Of a DNA stretch of 64,000 nucleotides, positions 37,739 to 48,984 are shown piece after piece (positions within the stretch are counted from its first letter, which is position 1; every line of letters begins with the position of its first letter). The stretch is from positions 22,444,001 through 22,508,000 of the forward strand of contig OZ038378.1 of assembly GCA_964036045.1 (NCBI GenBank). The letters run 5' to 3'. Under the pieces are notes generated by a model, which ran no database searches, was not told the origin of the DNA, and saw nothing but the letters and a program-made list of their open reading frames with translations. The translations under genes were made by a program, and so were the position numbers. This DNA is from Eutreptiella sp. 'Long Island Sound 2002' (Eukaryota > Protista > Euglenida).

Positions 37739-40169
37739 ACTTGCAGGTGGTTGATGACTCCAGGGTCCCATTGCGGCACTTTGCTGCAGTTGTGTGTGGC
37801 CTTTTTTTGCATGCACCTGTTCCGTTCCCTGTTGACGAGCAGGGTACAAAGTCCAGCACACTTGCTGAATGGGGGAGGGGGTGTTTTGAAGGATAAAATT
37901 TTGTTTGGACAAAAATGTGAACGCCCGCTGTTGTTCCGGTTAATTTGTTTTGATCTGAGGATTGGTTTACTACGTTGCGCATGGTGAAGGTATCATGATT
38001 TGTGTGTTCCACCTTTATTCTGCAGTTCCCCTTGGGTCGCAGGGAATTGTCTGGTGGTGGATCCAGCAGCGGTTCAGCAGAGGTTCTTGCCAAGGCGAGG
38101 TTGCAGGTGCGGGGACCGCGGATCTGCAGCCCCCCCCCCCCCATAAACAAGGCCTGGCTCGTATTGCCTACCTGACTCCGGAGACCCATGCTGGTCTCCC
38201 TCCTTAATACAGTTTTGCATCACTCACATGCGCCCACACACACACGCACGCACGTGTAAGCACCTTGCGAGTTGCAACACCTGGCAGCATCTATCATCTG
38301 GCAAAGACTACACATGTGTACATAGACTGTTCCGTGCCCTTTTCTGACCAGTTCATGTGCCTTGGCGAATGGGGATGGGGATGGATCACCATTTGATGCC
38401 GTTAAAGTCCCGCAACGGAAACACACGCAACCCCCTTCTCCCCTCCTGCTGTTGCCCCAGCACCTGCTTGTCCACCAGGGTCTGACCACAGGCGTGTGCT
38501 GGCATCCCTGTCCAAAGCATTATGTTGAATTGCGCTCATGCTTTTGGGCAGCTCGACAGCGGGAGATATTTTGGAGCCCATGAGCCCCTCAACCGACAGC
38601 CCCTCAAATGGCTGTTTCAGGCACTTCGCACGTCCAATTTGGGCGCATCAAACCATCAAGGGTGGGCCAGTGGGCCAAGTGCACTGGCACTGGCCTAGTT
38701 CAGCCGTCCGTTTTTATTTATCGCTATGCTGACCCTCAGTCACCCATCGACGGCCGCTTCAGGCACTAGTTCCCGATGACACATGAATTCTTCAGCATTT
38801 CTACTGTTGCCGAACGTTGCTCTCTGCTGCCCAAGTGTTCTGCAGTGTTGCCCAAATGATGCTAGTTGTGATTTGATCTGTGGCGCCGTGTACTGCTGAG
38901 CATTGCGCGCCGGCCCCCGCTATTGCGGCACAAGACTTTTGCCATACGAGGCAAGGAGGCTTCCATGGTTCACAGCACAAACGGTTTCATCCGGTGCGAA
39001 TTCTGAATGTGGTACTGTTTTCACGTTAGAGCATGCACTGCCTTCGACAACTCTCCACACTCTGTAATCATCGCCATCATTCCGGAACAGGTTGTCACAA
39101 CTTTTGCCGATGCTCAAAGACCTGTAGCATGCCTCAACACTGCACAATTCTCAAAACTGCTGGTGGGCTTTCAACGATCCGGTCATTGCCCCCCCTTCCT
39201 CAAAATTACTTCCGAAAAATGAACCATCCGCTGGAGATTTTGTGCAAACAGCCAACAAAGTGACTTGTAAGATTCCCCAGCTCACCAAGTTGAAATGGAT
39301 TGCGACCTTTCTTGGCGTTGGATTCATGTATCCTGGCTCCTGAACAATTTGCAAATGCACGGCTCAAGTATCTTGTGAAGTGCCACTGCACTGCTAAGAA
39401 ACTTTAGAAAGTGCCACAGCACCGCTTAAGCATCATGCAAGGTGGTACAGCACCACACAAGAACCTTGGGAGGTACCACTGCTCATCGTCCACCAGCAAC
39501 GGACATTTGACCATCCCCTCTCCCCACTCCCCACCAGCCCAGACTGAGCCACAATCAACATAGACAATTATGATGATCATTGCGCTATGGCAGGACAATG
39601 ATGAATTGGAGAGGGAGTGTTCCATCATCAGTGTTGGATGCGGTGCAGACGACTGAGGCTGTTTGGTTCATACATGGCAGCGTGCCCTATGATCAGGACC
39701 TGGTATAGCTCAAAACAACAATAACAAAAGGGTGGCTGTGTGAAGGCCTCAAATAGATCTGTGATTGTTTCGCCTGTATCACATAGATGGGCACTTTCAG
39801 TGCTGTGCTCACACACACTGTGGAGCCCCACTATTTTGCTGCTGGGGTAGAGTAAGCACCAATAGTTTGCATCACTTGTGGGAAATGAGTTCTCCCACTA
39901 CCACCTAAGAATGGTTACAAATGTAGTGTTGCATTTTTAGTAGGGTATGCTTGGCTATTGGAATTTCTTTCTTTCTCCAGGGCATTGTTTACTTCTCCAT
40001 GTGTTCCTCCCTCCTCTTAGGTGCCATGGTATTTCATGGCGCCCCAAAGAAGGCACAGTGTTAGCTACCCCCTGGGGTACCATCACGGCCATCATCAAAG
40101 TGGTGCAATCCTATGAACACCAAGCACAAGTGCATCTACATGGGTTGGGGCCGCGTGTGCAAGCTTAAT

Positions 40170-41530
40170 TTACAGCGGGCATTGTGTGCGCAGGGGCAGG
40201 GAAGCTGTCCCTCTGCCCTATGCTCGTGTGCAGAATGGTGGGGGAGTCATCCCTCCTCCCTGTGCCAGTGTGCACTGCGGAGAGGTAGATGTCTCTCCGC
40301 CCTGCGGTGCGTAGAGGAGTGGGGAAGCTGTTCTTCAGCCCCAAACTGGTGTGCATGGGGGTGGGGAAACCATCCCTCCGCCCCATGCGTGTGCACATAG
40401 AGGGGGGATGATGCCTCCCTTCTTGTGCACAGGGTTGCAGGGGTGCACCATCAGCATCTATGCATGTCACCGTCAATCCCAGATCCTTGAGCGACCTACA
40501 ACAAGCAACCGACCGGCCGTGAATTCTACATACTATGCGGTGGTAAGTGGTTGGCCCAGAGTGGTGTCCATCCCCCCCCCCGCCCGGGGGGCAACCGTAG
40601 GCCCTGGGGGCTGGACAAAGGGGGGGCAGGGTACTTGTCCCTGCGCCGTGCGCAAGTGTGCCATCCCTCTGCCCCGTGCTGGTGTGCGCAAGGGTGGGCT
40701 CACTGTTCCGCCGCCGTATGCCACGGTGCACAAGGGGTGGGGATTGCAACCTTGTGCCCTCTGCCGGTTGAAACCGGGGTGGTGAACCTTTCTTGCCGCC
40801 TTGTGCCGGTTAGCATCGGGATTGGGTACTGCCCCGTGCTAGGGTGCGCATAGGTGGGGAACCCTGCCCTCCGTCCAGTGCAATTGTTCACGGGGTGGCC
40901 CTATGCTAATGTGTACAGGGTTGGGGAATCCTTTGCCCTGCAATAGTGCGTACAGGGGTGGAGAATCTGTCCGCTTGCCCTCATCCGGATGTGCACGGGG
41001 GTGGAGTGCCCGTCCCGCTGCTCTCTGCGGGTGTGCACAGGGGTGGGAAAATACTTCTTAGGACCCTTCAACATCTACGTAGTACCGGACCCCATAACGC
41101 CGCAGTGCACCAGCTGCAACCTCCGATGCACCCATCCGTGTGCAGGCGCCCCCCAGCAACCCCGACCCACGCCCACCTACCGAGGAGGCATATTTCTCTG
41201 TACCATACCTTGGGACCCCAACCCCTACCTCCTACCCGCAGCGGATCGAAACCAAGCATACCGTTACACCACATTGAAACACAAGCACAGGGGTGGGCAT
41301 GCTGTCCCTCTGCCTTGTGCTGGTGTGCACAAGGGTGGGGCATCCGTCCCTCTAGCTTTCTAGTGTGCATAGGGAGGGGGATTCCGGGGTCATGCCTCAT
41401 GACCCACCCCCCCACCCCCCCCGCCACCGGCGAGGTAGGGTGTGGGCACATCAGGGAGTGGGGGGTCCGGTGTCCGGGGCTGGGCATTGAGCTGGCCAAG
41501 CGTAGCGTGATCTTGCGCTGCCATTAGCCC
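40170..41530. repeat. Degenerate GC-rich minisatellite
   Basis: Recurring gtgtgcaca(g/a)ggggtggg..ccctccgccc..tgc units of roughly 45 bp. Confidence 0.7.
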
Positions 41531-41544
41531 TAGGGGGGTGTATT

Positions 41545-41975
41545 GCGCCTTGTGCACAAAGTTTGTACAGGCTCGTACCCAAGCTGCATAGTAGTGCCAA
41601 GTACCAGTAGCAACGAGCCTTGTTATGCATCTATGAGTTGCTTTTATGCTTTGCCCTCTTTTCTAGTGTATTGGTGTATGTGGTTTTGCATCTTTTCCTC
41701 TCGTTTCGTGGTATCAATCAAGAATTTGGATTTGGATTGGCCTTTCGGGTTGGGGATATGGAATGGCCCTTTTGGCGTACATTGTGATTTTGGCGATGGC
41801 CTCTTCTCCGTACCTTTGCAGCCGTGAGGACGAAAAGAATCTAGATTGCATTATGGGGCTGTCCAACATTGTGGCGCTGTAGTATGGTCTGTATAGGCAA
41901 GAATATTGCCAATTGTATCAAAAAACCTCCATTTCTCCTTGTCATGTGCGCGCTGTGCGTGCAATGTGCCGACAT
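41545..41975 (+). repeat. Dispersed repeat family member
   Basis: ttgtgcacaaagtttg..tagtagtgcc (41545-) recurs at ~54565-54710; gcaagaatattgccaat.gta.caaaaa (41897-) recurs at ~55692-55720. Confidence 0.7.
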
Positions 41976-43127
41976 GCCCCCCAGAGGCGCCCGAGGACGT
42001 GAGCAGGGGAGGGTCCGTCGAGGGTCTGGGGAGTGCGGCCGTCTTGTGGGGGCGCAATGCGACGATTTGGGTGCCTTGCCGTACTAGGTTGGGTGCTTCA
42101 AACACAAACACATGATTCAGCACATCTGGAATGTGCATGGAGAGTGGTCCACAGAAGACACCATGGTGCTCCTCATTATGGATTGCAGTAATGCCTTCCC
42201 CACGTTGTCTCACAACTTCGCCAGGGCAGTGCTGGACTTCATTCCGCTCAAGCAAGGGTTCGTGGACCTAATTTTGTCCTCACTATTGTCCTCTTGTTTC
42301 TTTCTAGTGGGCAATTCTGTCAACAAATCACATGTTTTCCGGCCAGGGGCCGGAATTCGCCCAGGGGACCTGTTTTCCCCTCTCCTTTTTTCGTATGTGC
42401 TTCCCAGCTATGTGTATAGCGACCTAGTCGGCTATCAGACATCAGACATCAGACTTTTATGGACCATTACCCCCCCCCCCCCACCCCAACACCCTTTCTA
42501 CCCCCCCCCCCCCCGTGTCAGACTTCGCCCCCCCCCCCCCGTGTCCCCCCCAATATCAGACTTGTCCCATTGTCACCACACCCTTGAGCTGTAGAAGTGG
42601 GTTGTGGTCTCGACCCTAGCGTCTGAAACCCAACCAGTGCTTGCAACCCCTTCAATGATGGTACGTGCCCCCCCCCCCCCCCCACCCCACCCCACCCCAC
42701 CCCACCCCATCTCTCTGACTCAAACCGATCGGGGGGCTCATATGTGACTGAAGACAAGTGGGAACAGAATCCTGATGTCTGGCCCCAGCAACCTCACCTG
42801 AGCTAATCGGGTCAGTTTTGCTGGTGGGGTGGGTTGGTGGGGGTTCATCGGGTTGGGCCGGAACTGTGGAGAGGGGGGGTAGTGGGTTTCGAGCACGGCA
42901 CAGCACAGCACGGCACAGCACAGCACATCACAGCACATCACAGCACAACACAACATACAGCATAGCACAACATATTACAGCACAACACAGCCCCTACGGC
43001 CGCCCAAGAGAGCCTCCCTCCCTCCCTCCCTCCCACCCTCCCTCCCCTCCCTCCCTCCCTCCCACCCTGTCATTTCCCTGCTTGTATGGTTGAGGTTAGG
43101 GAGGGTATGCCTGTTTTTCTTTTTCAG

Positions 43128-43436
43128 GTTTTTTTTTCTAGTTGGTTGGCGTACGTGTTTGGGTTGGTGGGACCCTCTATGACGATTGACACTGCATGTT
43201 CATCCTCGTTGGTGGCAACGGATGCTGCATGCAAGGCCATGTATGCGCATGACTGTGAGGTGGCCGTGGCGGTGGGAGTAAACCTGCTCTTCAATTTCGA
43301 GGTGTTCATCAGCTTTCGTGCAGCCGGGATGCTATCCAGGAAAGGCCGATGTGCGACATTCTCCGATGATGCGGATGGGTATTTGCGCGAAGAGGGGTGT
43401 GGTGCGGTGTTGCTAAAGCCACTATCGAGTGCTTTG
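43128..43436 (+). pseudogene. Type I polyketide synthase ketosynthase (KS) exon, captured fragment
   Basis: GPSMTIDTACSSSLVA (catalytic Cys codon 43197-43199), AVAVGVNLL, GMLSRKGRCATF..ADGY.R.EGCGAVLLKPL; preceded by ctgtttttctttttcAG acceptor (43126-43127). No further PKS exons seen in the window. Confidence 0.9.
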
Positions 43437-45876
43437 GGGGTGTAGACCCCCCAAATATTTGACGGACATACATCCGTCAAATATTTTGGGGGTCTACACC
43501 CCCCAGATAACTGACGCATGGGCATGTGTCAAATATTTGACGGACATACATCCGTCAAATATTTTGGGGGTGTAGACCCCCCAAATATTTGACGAGGCCC
43601 CATCCGTCAAATATTTTGGGGGTGTAGACGCCCCAGATGACTGACGCATGGGCATGCGTCAAATGTTTGACGGACATACATCCGTCACATGTTTTGGGGG
43701 TGTAGACCCCCCAAATATTTGACGGACACACATCCGTCAACTATTTTGGGGGTGTAGACCCCCCAAATATTTGACGGACATACATCCGTCAAATATTTCG
43801 GGGGTCTACACCCCCCAGATAACTGACGCATGGGTATGCGTCAAATATTTGACGGACCTGCATCCGTCAAATATTTTGGGGGTGTGGACCCCCGAAATAT
43901 TTGACGGACACACATCCGTCAAATATTTGGGGGGTCTACACCCCCCAGGTAACTGACGCATGGGCATGCGTCAAATATTTGACGGACATACATCCGTCAA
44001 ATATTTTGGGGGTGTAGACCCCCCAAATAGTTGACGGAACCCCATCCGTGAAATATTTTGGGGGTCTACAGCCCCCAAATATTTGACGGAACCCCATCCG
44101 TGAAATATTTTGGGGCTGTAGACCCCCCAAATATTTGACGGAACCCCATCCGTGAAATATTTTGGGGGTGTACAGCCCCCAAATATTTGACGGAACCCCA
44201 TCCGTCAAATATTTTGGGGGTCTACAGCCCCCAAATATTTGACGGAACCCCATCCTTGAAATATTTTGGGGGTGTACAGCCCCCAAATATTTGACAGAAC
44301 CCCATCCGTCAAATATTTTGGGGGTGTACAGCCCCCAAATATTTGACGGAACCCCATCCGTGAAATATTTTGGGGGTCTACAGCCCCAAAATATTTCACG
44401 GATGTGGTTCCGTGAAATATTTGGGGGCTGTAGACCCCCCAAATATTTGACGGAACCACATCCGTGAAATATTTTGGGGGTCTACACCCCCAAAATATTT
44501 CACGGATGTGGTTCCGTGAAATATTTGGGGGCTGTAGACCCCCCAAATATTTGACGGAACCCCATCGGTGAAATATTTTGGGGGTGTAGACCCCCAAAAT
44601 ATTTCACGGATTTGGTTCCGTGAAATATTTGGGGGCTGTAGACCCCCCAAATATTTGACGGAACCCCATCCGTGAAATATTTTGGGGGTGTACAGCCCCC
44701 AAATATTTCACGGAACCCCATCCGTGAAATATTTTGGGGGTGTAGACCCCCCAAATATTTGACGGAACCCCATCCGTGAAATATTTTGAGGGTGTAGACC
44801 CCCCAAATATTTGACGGATTCCCATCCGTCAAATATATTGGGGGTGTACAGCCCCCAAATATTTGACGGATGGGGTTCCGTGAGACATTTGGGGGCCGTA
44901 GACCCCCCAAATATTTGACGAAACCACATCCGTGAAATATTTGGGGGCTGTAGACCCCCCAAATATTTGACGGAACCCCATCCGTGAAGTATTTTGGGGC
45001 TGTAGACCCCCCAAATATTTGACGGAACCCCATCCGTCAAATATTTTGGGGGTGTACAGCCCCCAAATATTGGACAGAACCCCATCCGTGAAATATTTGG
45101 GGGCTGTAGACCCCCCAAATATTTGACGGAACCCCATCGTGAGAAGTTTTGGGGGGTGTACAGCCCCCAAATATTTGACGGAACTCCATCCGTGAAATAT
45201 TTTGGGGGTGTAGACCCCCCAAATATTTGACGGAACCCCATCCGTCAAATATTTTGGGGGTGTACAGCCCCCAAATATTTGACGGATGGGGTTCCGTGAA
45301 ACATTTGGGGGCTGTAGACCCCCCAAATATTTGACGGATCCCCATCCGTGAAATATTTGGGGGCTGTAGACCCCCCAAATATTTGACGGAACCCCATCCG
45401 TGAAATATTTTGGGGGTGTAGACCCCCCAAATATTTGACGGAACCCCATCCGTCAAATATTTTGGGGGTGTAGACCCCCAAACATTTGACGGAACCCCAT
45501 CCGTGAAATATTTTGGGGGTGTAGACCCCCAAAATATTTCACGGATGTGGTTCCCTGAAATATTTGGGGGCTGTACACCCCCCAAATATTTGACGGAACC
45601 CCATCCGTGAAATATTCGGGGGCTGTAGACCCCCCAAATATTTGACGGACACACATCCGTCAAAGACTTCGGGGGTGTAGACCCCCCAAATGTTTGACGG
45701 ACATACATCCGTCAAATATTTTGGGGGTCTACACCCCCCAGGTAACTGACGCATGGACATGCGTCAAATATTTGACGGACATTCATCCGTCAAATGTTTT
45801 GGGGGTGTAGACCCCCCAAATATTTGACGGACACACGTCCGTCAAATATTTTGGGGGTGTAGACCCCCCAAATATT
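43433..45876. repeat. 52-bp palindromic satellite (~45 units)
   Basis: Unit tttgggggTGTAGAccccccaaatatttgacggaACCCCAtccgtcaaata; period 52 (gacccc at 45421 and 45473); occasional third palindrome tgacgcatgggcatgcgtca. Confidence 0.95.
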
Positions 45877-48800
45877 GTGGGGGCCTATGGGGGCCTGTGG
45901 GGACCTATGGGGACCTATGGGGGCCTATGGGGCTCTTTGGGGACCTATGGGGGTCTATGGGGGCCTATGGGGGCCTATGGGGGCCTATGGGGACCTATGG
46001 GGACCTATAGGGGCCTATGGGGGTCTATGGGGACCCATGGTGGCTTATGGGGCTCTATGGGGACCTATGGGGGCCTATGGGGACTTATGGGGACCTATGG
46101 GGGCCTATGGGGGCCTATGGGGACCTATGGGGACCTATAGGGGCCTATGGGGACCTATAGGGGCCTATAGGGGCCTATGGGGACCTTTGGGGGCCTATGG
46201 GGGACTATGGGGGCCTATGGGGGCCTATTGGCATTTTTGGGGACCTGTGGGGGCCTATGGGGACCTATGGGGACCTATGGGGGCCTATGGGGGCCTATGG
46301 GGGCCTATGGGGGCCTATGGGGACCTATGGGGGCCTATGGGGGTCTATGGGGACCTATGGGGACCTTTGGGGGCGTATGGGGTCCTTTAGGGGCCTATGG
46401 GGACCTATGGGGGCCTATGGGGACCCATGGGGGCCTATGGGGGTCTATGGGGACCTATGGGGGCCTATTGGCACCTATGGGGACCTATGGGGGCCAATGG
46501 GGGCCTATGGGGGCCTATTGGCACCTTTGGGGACCTATGGGGCTCTATGGGGGCCTATGGGGGCCTATGGGGACCTATGGGGACCTATGGGGGCCTATGG
46601 GGACCTTAGGGGGCCTACGGGGGCCTTTGGGGGCACGTGGGGACCTATGGGGACCTATGGGGGCCTATGGGGCCTACGGCGGTCTATGGGGACTTATGGG
46701 GGCCTATGGGGGTCTATGGGGACCTATGGGGGCCTATTGGCACCTTTGGGGACCTATGGGGACCTATGGGGGCCAATGGGGGCCTATGGGGGCCTATTGG
46801 CAGCTTTGGGGACCTATGGGGCTCTATGGGGGCCTATGGGGGTCTATGGGGACCTTTGGGGGCCTATGGGGGTCTATGGGGACCTTTGGGGGCCTATGGG
46901 CGCCTATGAGGGCCTATGGGGGCCTACGGGGGCCTATTGGCACCTTTGGGGACCTATGGGCATCTTTGGGCACCTTTGGGGGTCTATGGGGACCTTTGGG
47001 GACCTATGGGGACCTTTGGGCACCTTTGGGGACCTATGGGGTCTATGGGGACCTACGGGGACCTATGGGGGTCTATGGGGACCTATGGGGACCTATGGGG
47101 ACCTTTGGGCACCTTTGGGGACCTTTGGGGACCTATGGGGGTCTATGGGGACCTACGGGGACCTATGGGGGTCTATGGGGACCTTTGGGGACCTATGGGG
47201 ACCTTTGGGCACCTTTGGGGACCTTTGGGGACCTATGGGGGTCTGTGGGGACCTACGGGGACCTATGGGCACCTATGGGGACCTATGGGGACCTATGGGG
47301 GCCTATGGGGGTCTACGGGGACCTTTGGGGACCTATGGGGACCTTTGGGCACCTTTGGGGACCTATGGGCACCTATGGGGATGGGGATCTATGGGCACCT
47401 ATGGGGATGGGGGCCGATGGGCGACTCATCGGCATCTAGGGGGGCCTATGGGGGCCTATGGGGGCCTATGGGGGCCTATGGGGGCCTATGGGGGCCTATG
47501 GGGGCCTATGGGGACCTATGGGGGCCTATGGGGGCCTATGGGCACCTTTGGGGGTCTATGGGGGCCTATTGGAGCCTATGGGGGCCTATGGGGACCTATG
47601 GGGACCTATGGGGGCTTGGGGGGACCTTTGGGGGGCTATGGGGGCCATTGGGACCTATGGGGACCTATGGGGAGCTATGGGGGCCTATGGGGACCTATGG
47701 GGGCCTATGGGGGCCTATGGGGGCCTATGGGGGCCTATGGGCACCTTTGGGGACCTTTGGGGGCGTATGGGGTCCTTTAGGGACCTTTGGGGACCTACGG
47801 GGGTCTATGGGGACCTATGGGGGTCTATGGGGACCTATGGGGGCATATGGGGGCCCATGGGGGTCTACGGGGACCTTTGGGGACCTATGGGGACCTTTGG
47901 GCACCTTTGGGGACCTATGGGCACCTTTGGGGACCTATGGGCACCTATGGGGATGGGGGCCGATGGGGACTCATCGGCATCTAAGGGGGACCTATGGGGG
48001 CCTATGGGGGCCTGTGGCGGCCTATGGGGGCCTATGGGGACCTTTGGGGGTCTATGGGGAGCTATTGAGGCCTATGGGGGCCTATGGGCACCTTTGGGGG
48101 CCTATGGGGGCCTATTGGGGCCTATGGGGGCCTATGGGGGTCTATGGGGACCGATGGGGGCCTATTGGCACCATTGGGGACCTATGGGGGCCTATGGGGA
48201 CCTTTGGGGGCCTATGGGCGCGTATGGGGGCCTATGAGGGCCTATGGGGGCCTACGGGGGCCTATTGGCACCTTTGGGGACCTATGGGCATCTTCGGGCA
48301 CCTTTGGGGGTCTATGGGGACCTTTGGGGACCTATGGGGACCTTTGGGCACCTTTGGGGACCTATGGGGGTCTATGGGGACCTACGGGGACCTATGGGGG
48401 TCTATGGGGACCTATGGGGGCCTATGGGGGTCTACGGGGACCTTTGGGGACCTATGGGGACCTTTGGGCACCTTTGGGGACCTATGGGCACCTATGGGGA
48501 TGGGGACCTATGGGCACGTATGGGGATGGGGGCCGATGGGTGACTCATCGGCATCTAGGGGGACCTATGGGGGCCTATGGGGGCCTATGGGGGCCTATGG
48601 GGGCCTATGGGGGCCTATGGGGACCTTTGGGGGTCTATGGGGACCCATTGGGGCCTATGGGGGCCTATGGGCACCTTTGGGGGTCTGTGGGGGCCTATTG
48701 GGGCCTATGGGGGCCTATGGGAGCTTGTGGAGGCCTATGGGGGCCTGTGGGGACCTACGGGAACCTATGGGCACCTTTGGGGACCTACGGGGACCTATGG

Positions 48801-48984
48801 GGGCCGATGGGGACTCATTGGCATCTAGGGGGACCTTTGGGGACCTATGGGCACCTCTGGGGACCCATGGGCACCTTTGGGGGCCTATGGGGGCCTATGG
48901 GGGCCTATGGGGACCTATTGGCACCTTTGGGGACCTATGGGCACCTTTGGGGGCCCATGGGGGCCTATGGGGGCCTATGGGCAC
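45877..48984. repeat. G-rich ~10-bp satellite (GGGGCCTATG / GGGACCTATG) with higher-order structure
   Basis: Roughly 300 units; marker gccgatgg..gactcat(c/t)ggcatcta at 47413, 47959, 48532, 48803. Confidence 0.95.

Noticed and set aside
43433-45876. CRISPR-like repeat-spacer array
   Set aside because: Variable parts are only 6 nt and recur many times; no unique spacers, leader or cas genes; eukaryotic context.
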